DNA of 36,006 bases from a virus (IMGVR_UViG_3300009528_000582:1-36006), one strand, 5' to 3'; shown: positions 1-9,759, counted from the first letter of the stretch. Notes: generated by a model not told the origin, from the letters alone. Numbers and translations are program-made.

Positions 1-2000
1 GCCAGCTCGCCCTCAGCATCCTCGCGATACTGAACGCCCCAGCGCAGAGTAACGTCCTGCGAGGATCCCTTGATATTCTTGACCGTAATTACCATGCCTA
101 TGTCCGTGATGCGATAGTCGGAGATGGCCTTTTCTACGCGCGCCTTTGACCCGATTTCGGTTTCATCGCCGGTGGCTGAGATCTCGATCTTGCGGCCTGC
201 GGTGTAGGTTTGATTCGAGCCGTGCACGTAGACCTCGATGTCGGTGATGGCCGAGCCTGTAGGGTTGAACAGGGAGATCTTCTCAGGCCAGACGGGATTT
301 GCAAGCGGGACCTCGTCGGCTACTGCAGTCCCCTGCGAAGCGATGCCCGACTCCTGGATCAAGCCGGTGAAGGCCTTGCGGTTGCGGCGAATAGAGACCC
401 CGCCTGCGGTGATGTAGGCGTCTTCGGAGGCAAGGATCTTGTCCACGCCGGCGCAGCGCATCACCATGCGGCGGAAGATGGCGCGGCACTTGACCTTTAT
501 CTTCCGGCCCGGGGGCACGTCTATCTTGACCTTGCGTTCCTTGGTGCGGATTGTGGGATGCTCCGGGTTGTCAAAGTCAGGCGTAGGCGGATCCGGGTTT
601 GCCTCCGTGCCGTAGGTATAGCAGAGTTCGTATGCTTCCGGCTCTATCGTCCCGTCGGGCGGCGCGGGGATAGTGATCTCCACGCCGCCGTCTACCGGGA
701 TCACGTTGAGATAACCCGAAGAAGGCTGCCAGCAGGCCAGGCCGTCGGAGCCTACAATAAAATCGGCCTCAGCCCACTTGGTATAGTTATCGCCTGAGAC
801 CACCGACGCTATCTTGACCTTGTACTTACCGCCCAGGTTGAGATCCTTGATAAGCACTATCGGAGCCACAGGCGAGCCGATGCGGTTGTAAAATCGCATA
901 GTCTGCGGATTTACGACATCCACCTCGGCGTCAGTCTTGTACGGGATCACCTGGGACCGGTATATCTCCGCGTAGGGACAGATATAGTACTCACCGGACG
1001 CGGCGTCAGGCAGGTCGTCTTCGCAGATAACCCAGGTATCGCCTGAATCGGTGATCTTCGAGTGCCAGCTCTCGTCGGATTTCACCAGGTAGTAATAGCC
1101 AGGCGGGTCGGTGATCCACAGGTCGTCGTCCCAGGCGGTGACCCCGGATTTCGCAGGCATGGTGAAGTTGCACTTCTTGAGGTCCTCGGCGTCGCGCTGC
1201 CCGGTGCCCCAGTCACCTATCCAGATCTTGACGTCGGCCAGAGGGGTGCCGGACTTCAGGTTAACGCGTTCTAACGTAAGCGCATCAATAGCGGCCGTAG
1301 TGCGGCCCAGTTCCTCAGGCATGATGGTCTCAATCCCGCCCCATGCCTCCTCGTTGCGCGTGCCGGAAAGGAGGATAGGCATGGGCACATCCCGGCCTTT
1401 GGGGTAGTCCGGGAGTTCCGGTTTCGAACCCGGGGGCGGCGGCGGGCCTGCGGCCTCTTCGCCTTCAGGGATAACGCCCGGCACCTTGTCCTGAGAGACC
1501 AACTTGCATTCCCTGCTCAACCGTTCGGTAACGTCTATAGTGATAGGCCCGGTGCCGGTCTGCTTGCAGTTGGCGAGACAGATATCGTCCACGCCCGGGG
1601 CCATGTCCTGAACGGTGATTACAAACGAGTCGGCCTTGCGCGTGGGGTAGGAAACGCCGGTGCGGTGCGCGTTGCGGTTATCGGACGTGACGAACTGATG
1701 TGAGAGGATGATGTAGTTGTCGCCGCCTGCGGTATCGGTCAGCACCGCTTCCTGGGCCGAGGAAATGGTGATCCGGTGCCCATCCTTATCGTAGGCCCAG
1801 CCTGCCGCAATCTGCACTTTGTGATCAGGCTCGGAAAGGCTGGTAACGTCAAGGCCTGAGCCTATGCACGGCAGGCAGCCGAAGTCCTTGGCGGTCTGCA
1901 GCAGGTCTGCGTCCTGGCCGTTTTGGTCCACCTGGAAGTCGGTGCAGAACAGCCTGTCATCTTTGACATTCGCGTCGTTGCGGTTAAAGCGATTGCTCAT
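1..2000 (-). CDS. Tail fibre / baseplate-attached receptor-binding protein (partial, runs off left edge; >=666 aa)
   Basis: Absent from the ORF track. ATG at 2000 with GGAG upstream; the frame I translated by hand stays open to base 1 (MSNRFNRNDANVKDDRLFCTDFQ...KVQIAAGWAYDKDGHRI...GPPPPPGSKP...). It follows the baseplate wedge genes, and the 'V.I.AG.AYD..G.RI' N-terminus is typical of baseplate-anchored fibre proteins. Confidence 0.75.
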   Translation of the reverse strand, partial: MSNRFNRNDANVKDDRLFCTDFQVDQNGQDADLLQTAKDFGCLPCIGSGLDVTSLSEPDHKVQIAAGWAYDKDGHRITISSAQEAVLTDTAGGDNYIILSHQFVTSDNRNAHRTGVSYPTRKADSFVITVQDMAPGVDDICLANCKQTGTGPITIDVTERLSRECKLVSQDKVPGVIPEGEEAAGPPPPPGSKPELPDYPKGRDVPMPILLSGTRNEEAWGGIETIMPEELGRTTAAIDALTLERVNLKSGTPLADVKIWIGDWGTGQRDAEDLKKCNFTMPAKSGVTAWDDDLWITDPPGYYYLVKSDESWHSKITDSGDTWVICEDDLPDAASGEYYICPYAEIYRSQVIPYKTDAEVDVVNPQTMRFYNRIGSPVAPIVLIKDLNLGGKYKVKIASVVSGDNYTKWAEADFIVGSDGLACWQPSSGYLNVIPVDGGVEITIPAPPDGTIEPEAYELCYTYGTEANPDPPTPDFDNPEHPTIRTKERKVKIDVPPGRKIKVKCRAIFRRMVMRCAGVDKILASEDAYITAGGVSIRRNRKAFTGLIQESGIASQGTAVADEVPLANPVWPEKISLFNPTGSAITDIEVYVHGSNQTYTAGRKIEISATGDETEIGSKARVEKAISDYRITDIGMVITVKNIKGSSQDVTLRWGVQYREDAEGEL

Positions 2001-2010
2001 AACGAACTCC

Positions 2011-2637
2011 TTATTCAACCAACTTTTTAAGCACGTAATATCCGCTTCCGGAGACGGTGACCACAAGGCACCGCGCCGGAGCGAATTTGAGTTCTGTCAT
2101 CTTCTGCGCAATCTGGCTAAGTTCAGACGCCGAAGGCTCGGAATCCAACACCAGCAGGAAGTCAACCAGATGCGTCCAGTCACACCACGTAACGTGTTCC
2201 GAACCAATATTCTCCCACCACTCCAGGGGCCAATCCGGGGCAAGGCTCCAGATCTCCACGATTGCGGGGCGCTCGGATGTAATTGCCTCCACCGCATCCA
2301 TGAGCGCATCGGCGGTGAGACACGAGGTGAAGTCGCGCAGCTCGGTCAAAAGCCGGGTCCGGTAGGCCGCGTCGAGTTCCGAGGCGTTGCGGGGAAGATC
2401 GAGCGTCTCGCCCCATTTGTCAAGATCGTCGCCCGAGGCCAGGGTGATGAACCGCGCATCGTAGACCGGGTTCAGACCGTCGGCGACGAACTCATAGGTG
2501 TCCGGCTCTCCTGCAGGCCGCTCGGTCAACTCGCTGCGGATAGTCTCTAAGAGCTTGCGCAGCGGGCTATCTTCTTTGAGGTCCCGGAACGCCTTGCGAC
2601 CTGTGAGGATGTTGAAATTGAAGCGAAAGCGGCTCAC
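2011..2637 (-). CDS. Baseplate wedge protein (Mu gp48 / P2 gpI-like)
   Basis: Motif ASGDDLDKWGETLDLPR...DAAYRTRLL; position after the baseplate J-like gene. Confidence 0.65.
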   Translation of the reverse strand: MSRFRFNFNILTGRKAFRDLKEDSPLRKLLETIRSELTERPAGEPDTYEFVADGLNPVYDARFITLASGDDLDKWGETLDLPRNASELDAAYRTRLLTELRDFTSCLTADALMDAVEAITSERPAIVEIWSLAPDWPLEWWENIGSEHVTWCDWTHLVDFLLVLDSEPSASELSQIAQKMTELKFAPARCLVVTVSGSGYYVLKKLVE

Positions 2638-2640
2638 GGC

Positions 2641-3186
2641 TTATGCCTCCACGCTTGCTACCAGTACCTCCGCGCCGACGACGTTGTTCTCGTCGTCGTC
2701 GAAGAAATCCTGGATGTCCTGTATGCTGAACTCGTCGTCGGCAAGCACCGGGCCGCCGTTATAAGAGACCTCGATATCTATAGTATTCGGGCCGCGCGCC
2801 CGCACAGTGACGGTGGCATCGGTTACGTGTTCCTTGAATTCGCTAAGCACCACAGATCTATACCACGCTTTGGTGCCCTTGCCTTTTTGCCGATACATAC
2901 CGAGCACGGTTTCGCGCGCGGTCTCGGTAGCAAGGTTCTCCGACCAGGCCAGACCCCACAGTTCGTAGTAGCGGCGCAGGGTTAGCCTGTCCGCGTACTG
3001 CGCCCAGATGCCCAGATACATGAGCTTGAGCCTGTCCCAGAGCATGGACAGGGCCGCGGCGACCACGGCCAAAATCGAGCGCACCACGCCGCGCGTCCGC
3101 CAGTTGGTTACTTCCGGGGCCTCGGCTTGCATCTGGGTCTTCATGTCGGTAAAAACTTCGTTAGCTGTTTTAAAATGAAGACTCAT
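2641..3186 (-). CDS. Baseplate J-like wedge protein (Mu gp47-like), short form
   Basis: N-terminus FKT..EV..DM...TNW..GVVRSIL; GT...Y and RGPNTIDI motifs of baseplate J; only 181 aa. Confidence 0.75.
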   Translation of the reverse strand: MSLHFKTANEVFTDMKTQMQAEAPEVTNWRTRGVVRSILAVVAAALSMLWDRLKLMYLGIWAQYADRLTLRRYYELWGLAWSENLATETARETVLGMYRQKGKGTKAWYRSVVLSEFKEHVTDATVTVRARGPNTIDIEVSYNGGPVLADDEFSIQDIQDFFDDDENNVVGAEVLVASVEA

Positions 3187-3368
3187 TAAGTCCTCCTTCC
3201 TTTATTTCGATAACTCCCCCACAGCCTCAAGTAATACTTTCTCCTTTTACGTCTGATCCACTGCGGGTTAATGGCATTCCCCACACAGAATTGATATAGC
3301 TCATCATAGCTTTCGGAAACCCAATAACGGCAATTGTTCATCATAAGGCGACCTTCGGCAAGCATCAC
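3186..3368 (-). CDS. Small AT-rich protein, DUF4031-like
   Basis: 60 aa, overlaps both neighbours (translational coupling); YWVSESYDELYQFC...NPQWI resembles the DUF4031 pattern as I recall it (LV.D...ELH.FA...G....WF). Confidence 0.45.
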   Translation of the reverse strand: MMLAEGRLMMNNCRYWVSESYDELYQFCVGNAINPQWIRRKRRKYYLRLWGSYRNKGRRT

Positions 3369-3763
3369 TGCCCCTTGATCCGTTTTATCTCCAGCGCCAT
3401 CTTCTGCGGCTGGACCAGGGATACGGGGATCACCTCGCAGGAGAAGCCTGCATCCGTGAACTCAATTGTATAGCGTCCGCGCACGAGCCGATCCTCGCGT
3501 TCCAAAGGCTCACGGATAGCGTTCGTAAGATCGGCGAGCTCAAGCCCACTCTCAGGCATGTTCACGAACTCCGGCAGCCGGGTTCCTACCGTATAGGCCA
3601 ACGCCCAATCGTAGTACTGACACCACAGCTCGTTTAGAAGGTCCTGCTTCAGACACTCGCGGCCTTCCTGCAGCGCAAAATCCCCGTCTTCAATAACCAC
3701 GTCGAGGATCCTCCCGTCACTGGTATCTACTTCCAGCTTGATGTCACGGCCGAGGTCGATCAC
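3365..3763 (-). CDS. Baseplate wedge / sheath initiator (Mu gp46 / gp25-like)
   Basis: DLGRDI...GDFAL..G.ECL.QDL...GTRL...L.REDR pattern; GAGGA RBS; located between spike and J. Confidence 0.7.
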   Translation of the reverse strand: MIDLGRDIKLEVDTSDGRILDVVIEDGDFALQEGRECLKQDLLNELWCQYYDWALAYTVGTRLPEFVNMPESGLELADLTNAIREPLEREDRLVRGRYTIEFTDAGFSCEVIPVSLVQPQKMALEIKRIKGQ

Positions 3764-3771
3764 CTTTCCTC

Positions 3772-4434
3772 CTAATCCAGTTTGTTTATCAGCGACAAGA
3801 TGCCTGGGAGCGTGCTTGTCTGAAGCGGCGGGGTTGTGGGATCCCCTGGTTTAAGCGTGCCGTGCGTATGAGAAGAAAGCCAGAGCTGCAGCATGTTGCC
3901 CAGCACGGCCTGGTTACTTCCCGAAGGCCCAAGGACAATCTGCGGCGCTACGATCTGTTTCGAGATCCCGACCTCTTCCTTGGAAGTCTTGAGCACCTTG
4001 ACGCTCGCGGCGCCAGAGGTCTGCAGCTCAACATTATTCTGGTTATCTACGGTTAGATAGAAATCCTCACCCTTCTTAAGGATAAAATAGTCCCACTCCT
4101 GACACGCCTCTATAGTCGGTCTGCCGTCTACCTGGGAGACCAGCACCTCGGTGTCCATCTTCGGCACGAGGATAAAGCCCAGGTCGTCGGCAAGGTTCAT
4201 TACCCTGAAGCTCATCGGCACGTACTGGAGTAATTCTTCGCCTTCCTTCTCCGGCTGCACGTCGCACCAGAACCCGTAAGGCTCACGGTCAGGCAAAGCC
4301 CAACCCGCAGGAGTCAGGAACTGCCGCGCTGTAACCTTGCCTACAATAGCATCCTGATTAAGGTCAGAGCCCATCAGCTTCTGCAGTATTTCTTTTCCCG
4401 TTCCGGGCTGCGTTACAGATCTCGGACCACTCAT
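3772..4434 (-). CDS. Baseplate spike protein (Mu gp45 / P2 gpV-like)
   Basis: N-terminal OB-like region (CDVQP...P..DTEVLV) and C-terminal HTH (His-Thr-His) metal motif followed by TTPP; ATG at 4434 overlaps the upstream stop (ATGA). Confidence 0.8.
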   Translation of the reverse strand: MSGPRSVTQPGTGKEILQKLMGSDLNQDAIVGKVTARQFLTPAGWALPDREPYGFWCDVQPEKEGEELLQYVPMSFRVMNLADDLGFILVPKMDTEVLVSQVDGRPTIEACQEWDYFILKKGEDFYLTVDNQNNVELQTSGAASVKVLKTSKEEVGISKQIVAPQIVLGPSGSNQAVLGNMLQLWLSSHTHGTLKPGDPTTPPLQTSTLPGILSLINKLD

Positions 4435-5546
4435 CTTTTCTCCTGCTTCTGACAAAGGGTTAAACTAGTCTTGAAGCCTACAGAGGGGCCGAACTCGTGT
4501 ACCACTTCATCAATTACAAAAGATAAATCTTGCCCAGGGCCACAACGCTCAGGGTGATCGGGATCTCGCACCATTACTTGTTCTGAATGCTTGATAAACT
4601 GGTTGCCGAATATCTTGATCGCTCCTTCTATGGAGGGGGCATTGTATTTGTAGTATAGGTTCCGCGCCAGTGTAGCAGCCTTTTCCTCTCCATCCTCCTT
4701 CTTTTCGTAACTTCCTGTGATGCTAAATTCCTTAACTGGCTCTCCGCCTTCGCCTTTGGGGGGGTGCTCGCCATGGACTGCAGGCTTGGTAAATTCGGAA
4801 TTGACTAAATGGACAATCACCTTACCGATCTTATCCCCCGGTGTGAACTTAAACCCCTGCGGCGCGATGATCGGTGCGTACTCGATCTTTCCCAGCACGC
4901 GCAGGTCCTTAAATGAGAACTTGAAAGTTCTATCTTGCTTGAGAACCCCGTATGCCCAAGGGTGATCGGGGCCATAGTAAAACTCTTTCGTGCATGGGAT
5001 ACAGAAGGAATCCCAACCGTTCTCCCGCAGCTTCTCCATCACCTGCATACAGGTTTGATGATCTATGGTAACGCTCTTGTCAACAATGTCATCACTTGCC
5101 GTTCCAACATATAAATCCGAGATCTCGGGCGTAAGCCCGGCCTGGGCGATGGCGTAAGCGGCAATCTCCGAGTACCATGTCTCTGGTCCACCCAGGGGAC
5201 CGATGTTGGCCTTCTTAAACGTCTTCTGGAACCGGGTTGTTTTGAGCGCGTGCCCGTGATCTTCACACTTGATAACGAGCGGCTGGTTCGGCAATACCTC
5301 GGTGATAACGCCGGTGAACACCGGTTCCGGTTCCGCGCCTTCCCAGCCGAGCGAGATTTCAACCTCGCCGCCTGTGGCCGCGCCGCCTTCTTTCAGCTTG
5401 GAAAGATCGGTCTCGGCAAGCAGAGGCAGTTCGATCTCAGCCACGTCGCACAGTAATTTGCGCGAGAGCGTTACCCGGATGTTCGAGACCGCCTTGACTG
5501 TGCAGCGGCCCAGCTTCAGCTTGAACTCAGGCACCAGCACAGGCAT
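4431..5546 (-). CDS. Baseplate hub protein (Mu gp44 / late control D-like)
   Basis: SR..LCD.AEI.LP...VEISLGW...VFTG.I..V.P..PL.I.CED pattern; 371 aa; synteny. Confidence 0.8.
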   Translation of the reverse strand: MPVLVPEFKLKLGRCTVKAVSNIRVTLSRKLLCDVAEIELPLLAETDLSKLKEGGAATGGEVEISLGWEGAEPEPVFTGVITEVLPNQPLVIKCEDHGHALKTTRFQKTFKKANIGPLGGPETWYSEIAAYAIAQAGLTPEISDLYVGTASDDIVDKSVTIDHQTCMQVMEKLRENGWDSFCIPCTKEFYYGPDHPWAYGVLKQDRTFKFSFKDLRVLGKIEYAPIIAPQGFKFTPGDKIGKVIVHLVNSEFTKPAVHGEHPPKGEGGEPVKEFSITGSYEKKEDGEEKAATLARNLYYKYNAPSIEGAIKIFGNQFIKHSEQVMVRDPDHPERCGPGQDLSFVIDEVVHEFGPSVGFKTSLTLCQKQEKR

Positions 5547-5989
5547 CAGTAGCTGCTCCGCGCCGAGTAAAACTTCTCGCGATAGAACTCGGCTTTTTTT
5601 AGGTCGTATGGGTTCCCGTGCGGCGGAAGCGTGAGCCTGGTTCCGGGCACAAGCACCTCGTCGCCCTCAAGCTCCGAGGCCTCAAGTAAATCGAAGTAAA
5701 GCACCGCATCGCCGTAGCGATCTTCGCAGAGCTGGACAAGCGGGTCTTTCGACGCCTCGTAAGGGGTCGCCGGGATGTAGGTAGGCATGTCCATGCGCTG
5801 CCGCTTAACTGCAAGCAGAGGAACCCGTAACACCGTCCCGGGTTCAAGTCGTTCCGGGTCGTCCCCGATCTCCTCGATGTTCACGTGATAGATCACCCAC
5901 CACAGGCCGGCGTTGCCGTAGTAGAACTCGGCCAGGAAGAAGAGGTCCTGCTTCGCGCCCAGGGCGTGTTCAACAAACTGCTGTTCCAT
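5546..5989 (-). CDS. LysM-like tail/baseplate protein (two LysM-like repeats)
   Basis: LA..YYGNA.LWW.IY..N...DP..L.PG.VL.VP and a second copy (L....YGD..LY..L...L.PG..L.LP). Confidence 0.8.
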   Translation of the reverse strand: MEQQFVEHALGAKQDLFFLAEFYYGNAGLWWVIYHVNIEEIGDDPERLEPGTVLRVPLLAVKRQRMDMPTYIPATPYEASKDPLVQLCEDRYGDAVLYFDLLEASELEGDEVLVPGTRLTLPPHGNPYDLKKAEFYREKFYSARSSY

Positions 5990-6525
5990 CAGAACAGTCC
6001 TTCCTCGGGCATCAGGTCTACGATGCTTACGTCCGGGTTAAGCTCGGAATAACAGCCGAGCGAGATCGAGAAGGCATGCGGCTTCTCGCGGATAGGCTCT
6101 ATGGATATGTCGTGGATGACCAGGTTGCTAATCCCTGCCGCGGCCAGGATCCCTTCTTCATCGACTGCCTCCAGGGGTTTCTTTTTGTCGCGAAACATAG
6201 CAAGCAGATCCCGGATATCGTTTGTCCCTTTAATCGGCCCATGGAGTATCATAAAGATAGAACTGCGGAAAATCGTACGGACCTCCCAGTTGCCGATCTC
6301 CCCCTGGATGTCAACCTCATACCCTTGCAAATCCATGATTTCCTTGACCGTATCTTCGAGGCCTTGTACCTGGGTTACGACTATCTGCCTGCGAGGCCGC
6401 AGACTTATCCAGGCCGGCAGCACGAACACGAACCCGTCAAAGTACCAGTTCCCCAGCGACAGCATGGCCTTAGGCTTACGGTATAATCGTCCGGTAGATT
6501 CCTTGCCTGCAAACAGAATACCCAT
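5989..6525 (-). CDS. Tail tube initiator-like protein
   Basis: IV.T.VQG...TVKE......Y.V.I.G motif; located directly after the tape measure gene. Confidence 0.6.
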   Translation of the reverse strand: MGILFAGKESTGRLYRKPKAMLSLGNWYFDGFVFVLPAWISLRPRRQIVVTQVQGLEDTVKEIMDLQGYEVDIQGEIGNWEVRTIFRSSIFMILHGPIKGTNDIRDLLAMFRDKKKPLEAVDEEGILAAAGISNLVIHDISIEPIREKPHAFSISLGCYSELNPDVSIVDLMPEEGLF

Positions 6526-9092
6526 TACGTTTCTCCAATCTCCAGAATAAGTGATTTACCGAGTAACTGCAGGAACTCCTGCGGGGAGAGCTTTGCCGCG
6601 AGTATCTTTATCGCGTCATGGCCAATGTGGAAGTGGTAGTAGTTATTCTGAATCGTGGGGCCCCCACCGCCTGCTCCTCCGCCTCCTGCGCCGCCTGCAC
6701 CTGTACCTGCGCCAGACGGGATTGGTGCAAGCCGCGCAGCCTTGCGCTCCTCGCGTTTCTCTTTGCGCTCAGCGCGCTTTTCAGCAGCGGTAGCACCTGT
6801 GGCTTTACTCCACTCCTGTAGGTTTTTGATGTTCTCCTCAGATATACCGAACAATTTGCCTACCCATGCCACTGCCTTCTTTGAAAAGAGTTCGCCCAGC
6901 ATTCTCTTAATTCCATCTATTACTGACTGGAAGGCGTCGAGGAGAGGATCAAATATGCGGGCAAGGAAGTCGCAGAAAGGCTCGAACACCTTCTCCTTGA
7001 GCCAATTAAAGACCCTTACAAGCGGATCGATCAACTTTGATTTTATCCAGTTCCATGCCGCGGCAGCACCTTTCTTGATACCCTCCCACAGCTTCTGGAA
7101 TATCTCAATCGCTTTGCCGATTGTCTTTTCCACTACGAGCTTGATGAAGCCACATACGAACCGTACCGCATTGCCTATCTTCTGCCAGTTCGAGACCCCC
7201 TCGTCACCGGTCTTGCGAAACCAACCGATCACCGCCTTTACGACCGCGATGATGCCCTTGATCTGCAGGATGATTATGGTAAGCGGATAGAAGATCACGC
7301 GCAAAACCTTGCCTACGGTCGATGTGCCCGCTATCAGCTCCTTGATGCCTTTCACCATCAGGCCGATCGTCCACTCGTATCCTGTAGCAATCACGTCTAT
7401 GACCCAGCCGATCGCGTCCGCTATTTTCCCGATCACCGTAGCCAGGCCTTCGAACGCACCGCCTATCCCTTCAGCAGCACCTTCCCCGACAAGGCCAAGT
7501 GCTTGGAAGATCTTCTGAATCGCCTCGATGATGGGAGTAACGATAGCCTTGAGGATCCTGAGCTGCGCGCCGATTACCTTGACGATAAGCTTAAAGACCG
7601 GAGCCACGACCCTGGCAAGCCCGAGCCAGATCTCCTTGAGCAGTTTCCCGATAGCTTTGATAGGACTTATGCCTGCCTTCAAGCCTAACAGGCTGCGCGC
7701 TATGTCGGCAAGCGGCTCGAGTGCTTTTTTAGTGGCTTCCCGGATGCCGGCAAAATTCTTTTTCCATGCGGTTGCGAGCAAAGCCAATCCGGCAATAACT
7801 CCACCGATGATGGGGAGCGCGGTGGCCAGTGTGGCTGCGATTCCCCCTCCGGCTGCCGCACCGCCTCCGGCAAACAGGCCGCCGATCTTGCCCATGATCC
7901 CGCCCTTGGCAGCCAGGCCGCCCATGAGACTGCCGAGCCCTCCTGCGGCTTTGGTCTTCGTAAACAACGCCATCAACGTGCCCCCGAACTTCTTGAGCAT
8001 ACCGATCCCGCGCACGAGCCCTACGCCCAGCTGGCCGAGCTTGCCGACCACGAACATGATCCCGCCGCCGACCAGCAGCAAAGCGCCGCCTACCGCTACC
8101 GCGGCCACGGCCCACTTTAACATTTTAGGATGCTCGCGGAAGAATTCTACGAACGGCTTGATGAACTTCCAGATTATCGCGCCCGCCTTCTTTAACCCTT
8201 CGTAGATCATCTTGAACCCCTTAGCCACGCGCTCGGCCCACTCGGCAAGCTTGCCCGATTCGTACATCTTTACAAACCAGTCAACTATCTTCTTGAGATC
8301 CGCCTTCATCACCTTATTAACAGCCTCTCCCAGAAACATCATAAACGTTTGGATCCCGCCCTTGATAGACGAGAAGACGCCCTTGAACGTAGCTGCGTAA
8401 CGCATCATACCGCCCTTGAATTTGGGGTCAGTGATGAACTTGTACAAGGCATCGCGGTACTTTTCCATATCCGTGCGTAATTCTTTCTCCGTGTAGTTCG
8501 AGATCTTCACAAGATTAGTCATGGTCACACCATACGATTCGCGCAAAGCGTCCGCACCTGCCTGGCCTGCGGAGAACGCTTTTGCTACCCCTGTAGCCGC
8601 ATCAATAATATCCTTGCCCATCGTAGATGCCATATCGCCGATTGCAGGCAGCCACTTGCGGGCGTCCATCCCGAAAATCTTGAGAGGCTTGAGTGCACCC
8701 AGCAGTTCCTCCGGGGTATATGGAGTCTTGACCTGCATGCCCATAATCCACTCGAGCGCCTCGCCCGCCTTGGTGGCGTCCCCGTAGAGCTGTTGCAGGG
8801 TAACCCTGTATCCTTCAAGCATCGCCCCCTGCTTGGAGGCCATTGCAAAGAACCCGCCAAACGCGGCCAGGATAAGCCCGCCCGCGAGCATCGCTTTCTT
8901 TCCTATACGCGTCAGCCCGCCGCAGATGAGATTAAATTGAGTAAGCGCCTGCGCGCCGAGCAGCTTGATCTCGGCACGCAACGCCTTGACGTTTTTCTTC
9001 AGGGCGCGGGTTTGTGTAGAACCCGCTACGAGCGCGCGGTTGTCCGCAATCCACTTGAGGAGCATCTCTACGGTATACGCCTTCTCGGCCAT
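6525..9092 (-). CDS. Tape measure protein
   Basis: 855 aa, Ala/Gly/Ile/Lys-rich helical protein with KTPY..EEL and IGD.A motifs and Trp/Phe periodic repeats; follows the tail chaperone. Confidence 0.92.
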   Translation of the reverse strand: MAEKAYTVEMLLKWIADNRALVAGSTQTRALKKNVKALRAEIKLLGAQALTQFNLICGGLTRIGKKAMLAGGLILAAFGGFFAMASKQGAMLEGYRVTLQQLYGDATKAGEALEWIMGMQVKTPYTPEELLGALKPLKIFGMDARKWLPAIGDMASTMGKDIIDAATGVAKAFSAGQAGADALRESYGVTMTNLVKISNYTEKELRTDMEKYRDALYKFITDPKFKGGMMRYAATFKGVFSSIKGGIQTFMMFLGEAVNKVMKADLKKIVDWFVKMYESGKLAEWAERVAKGFKMIYEGLKKAGAIIWKFIKPFVEFFREHPKMLKWAVAAVAVGGALLLVGGGIMFVVGKLGQLGVGLVRGIGMLKKFGGTLMALFTKTKAAGGLGSLMGGLAAKGGIMGKIGGLFAGGGAAAGGGIAATLATALPIIGGVIAGLALLATAWKKNFAGIREATKKALEPLADIARSLLGLKAGISPIKAIGKLLKEIWLGLARVVAPVFKLIVKVIGAQLRILKAIVTPIIEAIQKIFQALGLVGEGAAEGIGGAFEGLATVIGKIADAIGWVIDVIATGYEWTIGLMVKGIKELIAGTSTVGKVLRVIFYPLTIIILQIKGIIAVVKAVIGWFRKTGDEGVSNWQKIGNAVRFVCGFIKLVVEKTIGKAIEIFQKLWEGIKKGAAAAWNWIKSKLIDPLVRVFNWLKEKVFEPFCDFLARIFDPLLDAFQSVIDGIKRMLGELFSKKAVAWVGKLFGISEENIKNLQEWSKATGATAAEKRAERKEKREERKAARLAPIPSGAGTGAGGAGGGGAGGGGPTIQNNYYHFHIGHDAIKILAAKLSPQEFLQLLGKSLILEIGET

Positions 9093-9289
9093 TATTCCTT
9101 CTTAAAAGCTGCGCTTATCCCGTAGGCGACGACGTGTTCTGCAATCCATTCCGCGAACCAGATGATTGTTGCGTAATCGTCTGCGACGGTGGAGGGATTG
9201 AACTTGCCGAAGAAAAGCTGCTGTAGTGTCCGTGCCTGGGCAATCCCATCGGCGCGAAGCCTTTCCAGCCGCCGCTCTACACGTTTTTT
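9092..9289 (-). CDS. Tail assembly chaperone, -1 frameshift extension (lambda gpGT-like)
   Basis: Slippery A AAA AAC at 9289-9283 just before the chaperone stop; the -1 frame is open for 63 codons (RVERRLERLRADG...SAAFKKE) to a TAA overlapping the tape measure ATG. Confidence 0.8.
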   Translation of the reverse strand, partial: KKRVERRLERLRADGIAQARTLQQLFFGKFNPSTVADDYATIIWFAEWIAEHVVAYGISAAFKKE

Positions 9290-9687
9290 ATTTCTTCAAC
9301 CAGCGCCGGTTGGGCCTTTGCCTGCAGCAGACCGGTAATCTGCGGGACCAGCCCGGGCATCAATGAGATCAGCTCATTGAACTTGTTCAATCCGGGATGC
9401 AGGAGTGTGTCGGCCAACAGGGTTTTACCTGTGCGATAGAATACGTCGCCTTCTGAATCCATGCTGATATCGCTCATGAAACGCTGGTACTGCGGCTCTG
9501 AGGGATAGGCGAACGCCAGGTGACAGGGGGTGTTATCCTGGTCGGTGATCTTGAGAATGAGCACACGCCCTTTGTGCTCGCGCTGAAGCTTCTCTATCTC
9601 CTGCTGCGAAAGCAGCAAGGAGTCTGGAGCAGGGGCCGCAGGTGATGGTTGTTTGCCAGGACTTGGCGGTGTCGATCCATTAGACAC
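9277..9687 (-). CDS. Tail assembly chaperone
   Basis: Located between tube and tape measure; AAGGAGG RBS before GTG; slippery heptamer at the 3' end. Confidence 0.8.
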   Translation of the reverse strand: MSNGSTPPSPGKQPSPAAPAPDSLLLSQQEIEKLQREHKGRVLILKITDQDNTPCHLAFAYPSEPQYQRFMSDISMDSEGDVFYRTGKTLLADTLLHPGLNKFNELISLMPGLVPQITGLLQAKAQPALVEEIKNV

Positions 9688-9759
9688 TATGTCCTCCTTG
9701 GTTGGGAAGCGTCTTCCACAAAGGAGGAAAAGGAGGACGCTCCCCGTCCTTTGAATTGT

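Noticed and set aside
210-2550. Plus-strand ORFs 210..797, 1062..1274, 1111..1407 and 1864..2550
   Set aside because: Antisense shadows of the long minus-strand genes at 1-2000 and 2011-2637.
6660-6715. GCC/CCT-type short repeats
   Set aside because: They encode the Gly/Ala linker near the tape measure C-terminus; not a CRISPR array or DNA-level repeat.
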